Assembly: GCA_012963895.1 (NCBI GenBank)
Contig: DTUW01000178.1
Coordinates: 4,434 to 34,999 of the forward strand
From: Campylobacterales bacterium
Lineage (GTDB): Bacteria > Campylobacterota > Campylobacteria > Campylobacterales > Thiovulaceae
Direction of reading: 5' to 3'
Length of the DNA: 30,566 nucleotides
Positions within the stretch are counted from its first letter, which is position 1; every line of letters begins with the position of its first letter. Shown in pieces: positions 9,539 through 18,766 of the stretch. The notes beneath the pieces were generated by a model that was not told the origin of the DNA, ran no database searches, and worked only from the letters and a program-made list of their open reading frames with translations. Position numbers and translations under genes: made by a program.

Positions 9539-10747
9539 CTATTTCTCCTCGTCTGCTTTCAATGTTTTCAAATAGGCGACAATATCATTTAGAGTTTTAT
9601 CATCTAGCCAGTTGAATGGTGGCATTGCTGAAACTCTTTTTCCGTTTTCTAAGTTATACCAAGGGGTATTTTTGTGAGCATTTCTGTTGTAGCCAGGGAC
9701 AACAACAGCATTTGGCTCTTTGATGGATTCAACCAAATACCCGACTGTCGCCTGTCCTCCAATATTGCTCAAATTAGGAGCCATATATGGAGGTGCCATG
9801 TTGAAATCTTTTGTATTGTGGCAAGCTGCACAGTTGGTTTGGAACTGGACTTTTCCATTTGCCACATCACCTTTCACCTCATCATTTAGAGCGGAAACCA
9901 ATTTATCTCCACCCTCTCTCCCTTCAAGTTGAACAGAGTTCCAACCCGAAAGAAGTTTTAGACCGTCTCTATTTCTCTTATCTCCGTCCCAGACTGCGAA
10001 AGCCACAGGGAAAGCTGGAGAATCTAGATTTAGATATTCATCTTTTAGAGGTCGTGATAGTGTAGATTTCCAACACCCTTTGGTGATGTTATACATCATT
10101 TCCATATTGGAATCTACTGAACCATCTTTTACCTCTGTCATACTTCTAAATCCAGCAGAGATAAAGGTTCTCTCATAATCGACAACAGCAATATCTTTTA
10201 CTTCGCTGTCGAATTTCGCCAAGTCTTCACCAAAATAGTTTGTATTGTGTCTATTGACTTGGTGAGCTACATCTCCATGGCCGTTTGGTTCATAGGTATT
10301 TGGAGCTGCTTTTTGAAGATGGATTAGAACCTCTCTCCCTTCTGAACCCATTCCAATATATGGTAGTTTGTCAGGATTCGAGTAATTAACAGGGAATTGA
10401 ACAGCTACCCCATCTCCAAAAGAATCACTTCTATATCCCTTTTGGATAGAGAGAGTTTTATCTTTCCATTTGATAAGGAAAGCTATCTCTTTATCGTTGT
10501 AAAGAGCTTTTACTTTTATGTTCTTACTGCCATTGTGGGAATTGAGTTCATTGGCTATTTTGTCGTTTAGTTTTATAGTAGTTTGCGGATATACTGGGAT
10601 TACTACCAATTTTGCCTCATACCACAATGGAGAGAGGGGAGATATATCTTTTAGAGAGTGTTCAACTTTGGAAGCTACGATATTTGCCCCCGATAAGGAG
10701 GAGGCGAGAAGCCCCGCCACTGCACTTGATAGAGCTAATTTTTTCAT
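9539..10747 (-). CDS. Type II DMSO-reductase-family gamma subunit (EbdC/SerC-like heme b DOMON domain) fused to a C-terminal cytochrome c
   Basis: Signal peptide, LIKWKD, DGVAVQFP, YIGMG (Met ligand), AFAVWDG..RDGLK (Lys ligand), then CAACH (9818-9832) with distal SAMPPF. Confidence 0.88.
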   Translation of the reverse strand: MKKLALSSAVAGLLASSLSGANIVASKVEHSLKDISPLSPLWYEAKLVVIPVYPQTTIKLNDKIANELNSHNGSKNIKVKALYNDKEIAFLIKWKDKTLSIQKGYRSDSFGDGVAVQFPVNYSNPDKLPYIGMGSEGREVLIHLQKAAPNTYEPNGHGDVAHQVNRHNTNYFGEDLAKFDSEVKDIAVVDYERTFISAGFRSMTEVKDGSVDSNMEMMYNITKGCWKSTLSRPLKDEYLNLDSPAFPVAFAVWDGDKRNRDGLKLLSGWNSVQLEGREGGDKLVSALNDEVKGDVANGKVQFQTNCAACHNTKDFNMAPPYMAPNLSNIGGQATVGYLVESIKEPNAVVVPGYNRNAHKNTPWYNLENGKRVSAMPPFNWLDDKTLNDIVAYLKTLKADEEK

Positions 10748-11853
10748 TAATGGTGTCCTCCGGCTACTGAAAAGTGGGAAATAGTTTTAGTGTGAGCCCC
10801 TTTGATATATCTAGTATCAACAGGAGTAACTGCATCTAGTCCTTTGCTTTTTGCTACTTCTTGGTAGTAGTTGTTATCAAGTCTAAACATTTCAGAGTGT
10901 TGGTAAGCGATGAGAATATCAAGAATCTCAGATTTACCTGTTTTTCTTCTCTTCTCTCTCTCTTCTCTAATAGTTTTGACCACTCGATGAACTTCTGGAC
11001 CAAATAGCTTTTCAAGCTCCTCCATTGGGATTCTGTCTGAACCTTCAATTACCTTGCCATCAGCATCAAACTTAGGAGGTGCTTCGGTTGGAGGAATGTA
11101 ATAGACATTTGGCTGAGTTCCATAGTCTGGTCTAAGTGGTAGAGCCACTTTATATTTATGAACCAACTTATGAACCTGTGATTCTGGGTCATCTAGGAAA
11201 CCGACGAATCTAATTCGTCCAACACACTGTTGAGCACAAGCTGGTGGAAGTCCTTTTTCAACTCTTGGGAAACAGAGAATACATTTTTCAGACTTCGAGA
11301 TTTTAGGATTGAAATAGACCTTTTTGTATGGACAACCAGCTATACAATATCTATATCCTTGACATCTATCCAAATCTACGAGAACAACCCCATCTTGGTC
11401 TCTTTTGAAAATAGCATCTCTTGGACAAGCCGAAAGACAACCAGGATTGGAACAGTGGTTACAAATTCTAGGAATATAGAAAAAGTAGTTATCAGACGGG
11501 AAATTCCCCGCCCCTTGGTCTTCGTCCCAGTTTGGTCCCCAAGTTGGCTCAACATTAGGGGTCATAGTCTCACCGAGAGCGAGAGACTCATAGTTGTAAT
11601 CCCAAGGCACACCATAATCGGCTTCTAGATTAGGGATTATCCCCTCTTTTAGTTCTCCACTCTCATCGAAACCACCTCCAAGCTCTTGCCAGTTTTTAGG
11701 ATAACCGGCACCCGGATAGGTCTCAACATTATTCCAATACATATATTCGCGACCATTTCTATTGGTCCATTGAGTTTTACAAGCTACGGTACAAGTTTGA
11801 CACCCAATACATTTATTGAGGTCCATTACCATTGCTAATTGTCGTTTAGACAT
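10747..11853 (-). CDS. Type II DMSO-reductase-family Fe-S beta subunit (NarH/SerB/EbdB-like)
   Basis: DLNKCIGCQTCTVAC, WNNVET, CNHCSNPGCLSACP, CQGYRYCIAGCPY (3Fe-4S type), CILCFPR..PACAQQC, LPLRPDYGTQPNVYY. Confidence 0.93.
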   Translation of the reverse strand: MSKRQLAMVMDLNKCIGCQTCTVACKTQWTNRNGREYMYWNNVETYPGAGYPKNWQELGGGFDESGELKEGIIPNLEADYGVPWDYNYESLALGETMTPNVEPTWGPNWDEDQGAGNFPSDNYFFYIPRICNHCSNPGCLSACPRDAIFKRDQDGVVLVDLDRCQGYRYCIAGCPYKKVYFNPKISKSEKCILCFPRVEKGLPPACAQQCVGRIRFVGFLDDPESQVHKLVHKYKVALPLRPDYGTQPNVYYIPPTEAPPKFDADGKVIEGSDRIPMEELEKLFGPEVHRVVKTIREEREKRRKTGKSEILDILIAYQHSEMFRLDNNYYQEVAKSKGLDAVTPVDTRYIKGAHTKTISHFSVAGGHH

Positions 11854-11863
11854 CTATATCCCC

Positions 11864-14758
11864 TTATACATTTGCTTTTTCGAAATTGACGGCACCATCA
11901 TAAGCATATTGGTTTCCGTCCCATAGTCCGCCAAATTTGAGATGACCCCAACCATCAGCCATTTCAAGAAGGTTGAGAGCTGTTGGAACAACTTCATTAT
12001 GCCCTTTATTGAATTTATACATATAAGGCTCCCAGCCGTGTTCCATAACCAATCCATCAGGTGGGCAAGATGAAGAGACTTTTGCCATTGCATAGAATTC
12101 ACCTAGAACATTATATACCCTAATGGTATCTCCGTCTTTGATGCCTTTCTGTTTGGCAACCACTCTATTAACTTGAATATAAGGGACACCTCTTTGAAGT
12201 CTTTGGAGAGTTCTTGAAGCTTTATAGTTAGAGTGAATTGACCATCTAGCATGTGGAGTCATAAGGGCAAATGGATAGTCGAGAGATTTTGGTCTGATTC
12301 CCTCCATTCCTGTATTGGTATGAGCTCCCATTCTAATCCAAAGTGGATGATCAACATAGAAAGTTTGTCGCCCACTAAGGGTTTCAAGTCTCTTGAATTT
12401 GAATAGGTGGTCTTCGTTTGAGTTGAATGGTTTATCTGGATATAGAGGAGAACTCTTAGCAGCCTTTTCATTGAGTTGCAAGAATCCACCTGCTTCATAC
12501 ATCTTTTCCATTGTCCAAGGAGCATACTGCTTACACTTTTCTAAGGCTGCTTCAACTGCCAATTTATCAGTTCCTAATAGAACTTCTCCTGCATCTTCTG
12601 ACTCTTCATCTGTATTGGTATATTCGTCGTAGAAGATTGTAAGGTCATGGTATCCAGGTTTAGCATATCTGGTATGGTCTGGAATTTTGGCTTTTTCAAT
12701 ATTTTCAGGTCTATTAGCCACCTCTTGGAGTTTCTTAGCTAAGAAAGCAAACATTTCCCATTCATCTTTTGCTTCACCAACAGGTTTCATATTGGCAACA
12801 GGCTTAGCTAAGTTGGTAAATCGATGGTAACCTGGTGATGTTCTAAGGTCATACACTTCATAGTGAGATTTAGCAGGTAAAAGAATATCAGCATATACCG
12901 CAGCCTCACTCATTCGATAATCGACATAGGCGAAAAACTTCATCTGTTTTAGGAATGCTTCTCGATATTTAGAACCTTTATTTCGTCTAAATTTAGAGTC
13001 GGCAACGATGATAGCAGTATCAGGTAGCCACCAAGGTTTAACCACATTGCCGTGTTCAGATTCCAAATTAGCTTTATTGTTTTCACCTTGGGCTAATAGC
13101 TCATCGAGTATCTCCAAATACTCTTTTTTAGACATACCATTTTGAGCTCTTCGAACATCTTCATCAGAGAAATACTCTTTAAATGTAGATTTACCATCAC
13201 CAAATACAAACTCACCAACGAAACCAGAACCAAATCGAGGTGCATATTTTCCAGAGAAACCAGATAATGCTCCAAGTCCTGAAAGTTGGAATTCGTTCTC
13301 TGTATTCAATCCTCCATATGGTCCCATTCTACCGGTAAGACCCATAATAGAGGCGATATTCCAAATCGTCAAAATACCATTGAAATATTTGTTTAGTGAG
13401 AATCCAGTTGTAACAGATACAACTTTTGGAAGAGCTATATCATCGGCTAATGTCTCGACTAGACTTGGATGAACTCCTGTAATTTTCTGAGTTGCTTCTG
13501 GTGAGAATGGTTCAGCATTCTTTTTCAACATCTCAAATACGGTAGTTACTCGTCGAGTTTTTCCATGGACATCTGTAATAGTCCATTCACCTTCTAACTC
13601 TGGGTCAATTCCAAAATCTGAAATTCTAAGGGTTTCATGTTCGCTTCCCTCAGTTCCCGGCATTAGAACAGGTGAATTGGTTTTTTTGTTCCAAGCATAG
13701 AACTGCTCTTCAAATTTTTCATGCTCTTCTTCATCGCTTGTATGTTCCATATCAGACCGTCTAAGAAGTCTCTTAGTCTCTACATCAACTAAGAAAGGTA
13801 GGTCTGTATAGATTTTCATAAATTCAGGTTTATAGGTTTTCTTTTTGATAATAGTATGGATTACAGACATTGCCAATATATTGTCTGTTCCAGATTTTAC
13901 AGGTATCCATAAATCGGCAGACTTGGCTGATGCATTGTATTCAGGTGTGATAATAATTACTTTTGCCCCGTTGTATTTCCCTTCCCAAACAAAGTGAGCA
14001 TCAGGAATTCTGGAAACTGACGGATTACCTCCCCAGAACACAGCAGTATCCACTGTATAGAGGAAGTCATAGGTACAACCTAAGTTACCTTCACCATAAG
14101 CCACCGCTGCACCTGAGAACATATCTCCAAGATATGAAGATGGATAAATTCTATTTGCTCCAAGTTGGGTAGAAAATCTTAGAGGAGCTCCTCTCCTACC
14201 TTCTGTTAGTAGCCCTGTTCCTGCATGAACCATCAGTTTATCTGGTCCTCGTTCAGGGTCTGAAAGAACTTCAAAAATTTTCTCAGCTATCTTAGTTCCA
14301 GCCTCTTCCCAAGAAATTCTTTTCCATTTTCCTTCACCTCTCTCTCCAACTCTCTCCATTGGATAGAGAATTCTATCTTTCTCATACATTACTTGGGAGT
14401 GTTGAACCCCTTTATTACAACCTCTCGGGTTGAAGTCTGGAATATTTGGATTGATTGAAGGGTATCTAGCCGATTGGTTCTCTCTGGTAACTACTCCATT
14501 GTGAGACCAAACTTCCCAAGCACAGTTACCTTGACAATTGACACAGTGATAGGCAAATCCATGTTCCTCTTTTTTTCCATAGGTAAAAGAGAACTCATTT
14601 CTATACATGTTTTCTGTGTATGATGTATTGCCATAGCCCTCTTTACCATTTTCGAAAGATTGAACATCTGTTTTAGCAAACAATGAACCTTGTGAAGCTA
14701 CAAGGGTAGCTGTCATTCCTGACAACTTTAAAAAGTCTCTTCTTTTCATCTTCTCCAT
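11864..14758 (-). CDS. Tat-exported molybdopterin oxidoreductase alpha subunit, type II DMSO reductase family (Nar/Ser/Clr/Ebd/Ddh clade); substrate unknown
   Basis: Twin-arginine KRRDFLK, FS0 motif HCVNCQGNC...PRGCNKG, candidate Asp ligand in YLGDMFSG, WGGNP, ADLWIP, ADILLPA, TPHARWSIHS. Confidence 0.92.
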   Translation of the reverse strand: MEKMKRRDFLKLSGMTATLVASQGSLFAKTDVQSFENGKEGYGNTSYTENMYRNEFSFTYGKKEEHGFAYHCVNCQGNCAWEVWSHNGVVTRENQSARYPSINPNIPDFNPRGCNKGVQHSQVMYEKDRILYPMERVGERGEGKWKRISWEEAGTKIAEKIFEVLSDPERGPDKLMVHAGTGLLTEGRRGAPLRFSTQLGANRIYPSSYLGDMFSGAAVAYGEGNLGCTYDFLYTVDTAVFWGGNPSVSRIPDAHFVWEGKYNGAKVIIITPEYNASAKSADLWIPVKSGTDNILAMSVIHTIIKKKTYKPEFMKIYTDLPFLVDVETKRLLRRSDMEHTSDEEEHEKFEEQFYAWNKKTNSPVLMPGTEGSEHETLRISDFGIDPELEGEWTITDVHGKTRRVTTVFEMLKKNAEPFSPEATQKITGVHPSLVETLADDIALPKVVSVTTGFSLNKYFNGILTIWNIASIMGLTGRMGPYGGLNTENEFQLSGLGALSGFSGKYAPRFGSGFVGEFVFGDGKSTFKEYFSDEDVRRAQNGMSKKEYLEILDELLAQGENNKANLESEHGNVVKPWWLPDTAIIVADSKFRRNKGSKYREAFLKQMKFFAYVDYRMSEAAVYADILLPAKSHYEVYDLRTSPGYHRFTNLAKPVANMKPVGEAKDEWEMFAFLAKKLQEVANRPENIEKAKIPDHTRYAKPGYHDLTIFYDEYTNTDEESEDAGEVLLGTDKLAVEAALEKCKQYAPWTMEKMYEAGGFLQLNEKAAKSSPLYPDKPFNSNEDHLFKFKRLETLSGRQTFYVDHPLWIRMGAHTNTGMEGIRPKSLDYPFALMTPHARWSIHSNYKASRTLQRLQRGVPYIQVNRVVAKQKGIKDGDTIRVYNVLGEFYAMAKVSSSCPPDGLVMEHGWEPYMYKFNKGHNEVVPTALNLLEMADGWGHLKFGGLWDGNQYAYDGAVNFEKANV

Positions 14759-14764
14759 ACTTTC

Positions 14765-15901
14765 CTACCTTTTGATTGGTAAATTCATATTATTACCCCA
14801 ACTATCCCAGCTTCCGGAGTAAATTTTCACATTTTTGGCTCCGAGAAGTTGAAGAGCGGTAATAATTTCAGAACCTCGTCCTGTCCCTACTTGGCAATAG
14901 GCATAAACTGTATTGTCAGTAGATATATTGAACTTCTCAAAAACCTCTTTAAGCTCTTCCGCACTCTTAAATGGTCTCTTATTATTAGCATCTGAAATCT
15001 GTTTCCATTCGATGAATTTAGCTCCCGGAATATGTCCGCCTCGTGCCACATTATCCATTTTTCTCTCACCGATAATCTCTATCATGCTTCTAGCATCTAC
15101 AATTCTATATTTGGAATCATCTCCATTTTTGAGAATATCTTCCATTGCATGTTTAACTTCTGCGGTAGTGGCAACATTCGAAGTATCTATATTTGCTGGG
15201 TCTATATGATACTCTTTTGGCTCTACCTTCTCTTTTCCTTTGATAACAAGGAGATTTTTTTGTCCAAACTCATCTAGTTGTTTTTTCAACTTGTTAGCCA
15301 ACTTCTTAGCCTGTTTAGCCTCTTTTTTGAGAGCTTTATACTCTTCTTTTGTTATCTCCCCTTTTTTCATAGCTTTCTTAGCTTTTCTTAGCTCTTTTTT
15401 CAACTTTTTAGCTTTTTTCTTAGCTTCTTTCCATTCAGCCCTCATATTCTCATATATTGGACGATTCGGGTCAAGTTGCATTATTGCATTTCTACCACCA
15501 TCAAGTATTTTCACTTTTTTATGTCCGTAACTTTTGAAAAAGTGATATACACCGGTAGCATTCGGTCCTCGATAGTCATCGTAAGCGATTACAAGAGTAT
15601 CATTATCAATACCCTTAGAACCTATATACTTCTCTGCATCATCTATACATCTAAATAGTGGTTCGCAATGGAGTCGTCCCATTCCATCTGAATGGTGCAA
15701 ATGGTGAGCAAACATACTAACTGAGCCACGAATATGACCCAATTCATAGACATCCTCGCTATCCCCTGATACAAACATTACCCCCGGTTTACCTATCAGT
15801 TTGATAGCCTCTTCTGGTGATATAAGAATATCGCTATTCTTATATCCACTCGAAAAGGAGAAGGAGGTAGCGAGGAAAATAAGAGCGATAAACTTCCTCA
15901 T
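14765..15901 (-). CDS. Exported two-domain rhodanese/sulfurtransferase with a Lys-rich linker, first gene of the operon
   Basis: Start ATG 15901 after AAAGGA, signal peptide MRKFIALIFLATSFSFS, GHIRGS..VIAYDD (inactive domain), VDARS..GHIPGA..YCQVGTGR..YSGSWDSW (catalytic domain). Confidence 0.92.
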   Translation of the reverse strand: MRKFIALIFLATSFSFSSGYKNSDILISPEEAIKLIGKPGVMFVSGDSEDVYELGHIRGSVSMFAHHLHHSDGMGRLHCEPLFRCIDDAEKYIGSKGIDNDTLVIAYDDYRGPNATGVYHFFKSYGHKKVKILDGGRNAIMQLDPNRPIYENMRAEWKEAKKKAKKLKKELRKAKKAMKKGEITKEEYKALKKEAKQAKKLANKLKKQLDEFGQKNLLVIKGKEKVEPKEYHIDPANIDTSNVATTAEVKHAMEDILKNGDDSKYRIVDARSMIEIIGERKMDNVARGGHIPGAKFIEWKQISDANNKRPFKSAEELKEVFEKFNISTDNTVYAYCQVGTGRGSEIITALQLLGAKNVKIYSGSWDSWGNNMNLPIKR

Positions 15902-15934
15902 GTGGAGTCCTTTCCTGTGAGATAAATTTGAGAA

Positions 15935-15943
15935 ATTGTAGCA
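15935..15943 (-). promoter_or_regulatory. Putative extended -10 promoter (TGCTACAAT) for the rhodanese-molybdoenzyme operon
   Basis: TGnTACAAT on the minus strand, 33 nt upstream of ATG 15901. Confidence 0.55.
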
Positions 15944-16083
15944 AAAGTTATTGGAATGCATAGGTAGTTTGGGGATTTCTGGCAATTTCATAATAAATTA
16001 AATTTATATTTATCATTTTATGAATTTCTCAATTTCACCAGAAAATATCAATATTTGTTATCAATCAGTTCCTGAATTTTAGT

Positions 16084-16089
16084 TAGAAT
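16084..16089 (+). promoter_or_regulatory. Putative -10 box (TAGAAT) for nhaD
   Basis: TAnAAT 27 nt upstream of ATG 16117, with AAAGGA RBS in between. Confidence 0.45.
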
Positions 16090-16116
16090 TTCTCAAAAAT
16101 TACAGAAAGGAACTCT

Positions 16117-17430
16117 ATGCATCTAGAAGGTTGGGTAGATTTAGCAGGGTCGCTATTTGGAATAGCAATGCTCCTATTTTTTATTCTCGGCTATTTCTTT
16201 ATAGCGAGTGAAGAAAAGTATCAGATAAACAAGGCTAAACCGGCTCTATTTGTTGGAACTACTATTTTTATGCTTACGGCAGGTTACTATGCTTTCTACG
16301 GTTACAATTTAGACCCCCTCCATGAGGAGGTAGAACATCTCATTTTAGAAATAGCTGAAATCTTCTTTTTCCTCTATGTGGCTATGACCTTTATTGAGGC
16401 TCTAATTGAGAGAAATGTTTTCGAGGTGTTGAAATACAACCTCATCGCTAAGGGTTACACATATAGACAGCTCTTCTGGGCAACTGGAACAATTGCATTT
16501 TTCCTAAGTCCAGTGGCTGATAACTTGACGACTGCTCTAATTCTCTCAACGGTATTAGTTACTCTTGAAAAAGATAGAAAAGAGTTTCTAGTTCCGGGAG
16601 CAATCAATATTGTAGTTGCTGCAAATGCAGGAGGGGCTTGGTCTCCATTTGGAGATATTACAACTCTAATGGCTTGGACAGCCGAAAAGGGACACTTTAC
16701 AGATTTTCTATATCTTTTCCCTGCATCATTCCTAAATTGGTATGTAACTGCATTTTTACTATCTCGAATAGTGCCAACAGAGAAACCTCACCCAGTTCAG
16801 GCTGAAAATGCTCCAAAAATTTTGCCGGGTGGTAAAAATGTTATCTATCTTGGAGTTTTCACAATTGCATCAGCAGTATTCAGCAAACAGGTTCTACACC
16901 TTCCACCTATGTGGGGAATGCTCTTTGGGCTTTCAATCTTGAAACTATATGTATATAAATTGAAAAAAGATGCCCAAGTTGAGATAAATATCTTCTCATC
17001 TATCGCAAAGATAGAACACGATACATTGCTATTCTTTGTAGGTATTCTCGCAGCGGTTGGAGGTCTCCATTTCTTAGGCTTCTTAGATTTGGCGGTGAAG
17101 CTATATGACATATTCTCTCCAACAGCGGTAAATATAGGGGTTGGAATTCTTTCAGCAGTTGTGGATAATGTTCCTGTTATGAGTGCAGTTTTAAAATCAA
17201 ATCCTGATATGGGACTTGACCAATGGATGTTGGTTACTATGACCGCAGGGGTTGGAGGTAGTCTAATCTCATTCGGTTCAGCTGCCGGAGTTGGAGTGAT
17301 GGGTAAAATGCACGGAGTATATACCTTCAATTCTCACATGAAATATGCTTGGACTGTCGTAGTTGGGTATATAGTTTCTATTCTAGTCTGGTATCTCCAA
17401 TATGAAGTTCTCAAAATAGAGCATATGTAA
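16117..17430 (+). CDS. nhaD: Na+/H+ antiporter, NhaD family
   Basis: Polytopic membrane protein with INKAKPAL, FFLSPVADNLTTAL, ANAGGAWSPFGDITTLM, SAVVDNVP, GGSLISFGSAAGV. Confidence 0.92.
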   Translation: MHLEGWVDLAGSLFGIAMLLFFILGYFFIASEEKYQINKAKPALFVGTTIFMLTAGYYAFYGYNLDPLHEEVEHLILEIAEIFFFLYVAMTFIEALIERNVFEVLKYNLIAKGYTYRQLFWATGTIAFFLSPVADNLTTALILSTVLVTLEKDRKEFLVPGAINIVVAANAGGAWSPFGDITTLMAWTAEKGHFTDFLYLFPASFLNWYVTAFLLSRIVPTEKPHPVQAENAPKILPGGKNVIYLGVFTIASAVFSKQVLHLPPMWGMLFGLSILKLYVYKLKKDAQVEINIFSSIAKIEHDTLLFFVGILAAVGGLHFLGFLDLAVKLYDIFSPTAVNIGVGILSAVVDNVPVMSAVLKSNPDMGLDQWMLVTMTAGVGGSLISFGSAAGVGVMGKMHGVYTFNSHMKYAWTVVVGYIVSILVWYLQYEVLKIEHM

Positions 17431-17437
17431 TTTTATA

Positions 17438-17453
17438 GGGGCAGATATGCCCC
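17438..17453. terminator. Hairpin between convergent nhaD and serS (possible bidirectional terminator)
   Basis: GGGGCA-gata-TGCCCC in the 29-nt gap between the two stops. Confidence 0.55.
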
Positions 17454-17459
17454 GCCCCT

Positions 17460-18704
17460 TTATAGATACCTTTCCAAAACCTTTGGAATTTCAATCTCTC
17501 CATTCTCATTCTGAAAATTTTCCATAATCGCTACCAAAGTTCTCCCAACAGCTAAACTTGAACCGTTAAGGGTATGGACTAATCTATTCTTCTTACCATC
17601 TCTATATCTTATCTTTGCTCGTCTTGCTTGAAAATCTTCGGTATTTGAGATAGAGCTAATCTCTCTATATCTATTTTGAGAAGGTATCCAAACCTCAATA
17701 TCTACCGTTTTAGATGCTGAAAATCCCAAATCTCCTCCACATAGTTCCACTTTGCGATGAGGTAGCCCTAAATTGGAGAGAAGAGAAGAGACACACTCAA
17801 CCATCTTATCTAACATCTGATAGCTCTCTTCTGGTTTAGTGATAGCTACCAATTCCACTTTATAAAATTGGTGTTGTCGAATAATTCCGCGAACATCTTT
17901 CCCACCAGCTCCTGCCTCTTTTCTAAAACAGGGGGTAGCCGATGTAAGTTGGATAGGTAAATCATCACTTTTCAAAATCTCATCAGCAAATAGATTAGTT
18001 AGTGTAACTTCGGCAGTTGGAATTAGGTATAGCTCTTCTCCCTCTATTTTGAATAGGTCTTCTCCAAATTTTGGAAGCTGTCCCGTTCCATATAGAGATT
18101 TTGCATTAGTAACTATCGGCAGTGAGACCTCATCGAAACCACATTTTCTATTATGGTCTAGCATGTAATTGATTAATGCTCTTTCAAGCCTAGCCCCCAT
18201 TCCACGAATAGCGGTAAAACGACTCTTTGCAAGTTTTACCCCTCTTTCAAAGTCCAACCAGCCCAACTTTTCTCCTAGTTCATAGTGGGGCTTAGGCTCA
18301 AATTGAAATTGTCGAGGAGTTCCAATTTTGGCAATCTCTACATTGTCGTTTTCATCAACTCCATCAGGAACAGATTGATGAGGTAGGTTGGGGATAGAGT
18401 ATAGAAGTTCTTCTAATAGTTTCTCAGCCTCTTTCACTTTTTCGCTAAGTTGTGCTATTAGCTTCTTATTCTCCGATACCTCCTTTTTGAGATTTGTAAT
18501 ATCTTTTTTCTCTCTAATATATGTTTGGAAAAGTTTAGATTTTCGATTCTGTTCAGCTTGTGCCTCTTCTAATTGAGATTTCAAATTCTTGAATTTCAGA
18601 TACCTATCCCTAAGTTGTGAAAGTAGCTCCTCTGAAACTCTCTTTTTTTGAAGTCGAGCTACAACCTCATCGAAATTACGATTTAGCAATTTGACATCTA
18701 TCAC
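17460..18704 (-). CDS. serS: Seryl-tRNA synthetase
   Basis: N-terminal coiled coil, [54 protein letters not shown] start. Confidence 0.98.
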   Translation of the reverse strand: MIDVKLLNRNFDEVVARLQKKRVSEELLSQLRDRYLKFKNLKSQLEEAQAEQNRKSKLFQTYIREKKDITNLKKEVSENKKLIAQLSEKVKEAEKLLEELLYSIPNLPHQSVPDGVDENDNVEIAKIGTPRQFQFEPKPHYELGEKLGWLDFERGVKLAKSRFTAIRGMGARLERALINYMLDHNRKCGFDEVSLPIVTNAKSLYGTGQLPKFGEDLFKIEGEELYLIPTAEVTLTNLFADEILKSDDLPIQLTSATPCFRKEAGAGGKDVRGIIRQHQFYKVELVAITKPEESYQMLDKMVECVSSLLSNLGLPHRKVELCGGDLGFSASKTVDIEVWIPSQNRYREISSISNTEDFQARRAKIRYRDGKKNRLVHTLNGSSLAVGRTLVAIMENFQNENGEIEIPKVLERYL

Positions 18705-18766
18705 CTATTCTCCTTAATACTATTGTAATATGTGAGAGGTAATTATATTAGAGATAAGGAGCGAAA

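Noticed and set aside
11864-14758. Naming the enzyme narG, serA, clrA or dmsA
   Set aside because: Motifs place it in the type II family only; it is shorter than NarG and lacks NarI/NarJ partners, and substrate cannot be read from sequence.
9050-15901. Selenocysteine recoding in the rhodanese or the terminal GC protein
   Set aside because: The relevant Cys codons are TGC and TGT and the stops are TAG and TAA; no in-frame TGA.
15902-15991. Upstream extension of the rhodanese ORF
   Set aside because: Covers the promoter and RBS; the signal peptide begins at ATG 15901.
15902-16116. FNR or sigma54 sites in the divergent promoter region
   Set aside because: No TTGAT-N4-ATCAA; TGGCA near 15980 lacks the -12 TTGC element.
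16845-17330. 161-aa antisense ORF
   Set aside because: Shadow of nhaD.
17460-18704. serS proximity as evidence of a selenium pathway
   Set aside because: Ordinary single seryl-tRNA synthetase in its own transcription unit; no sel genes in the window.
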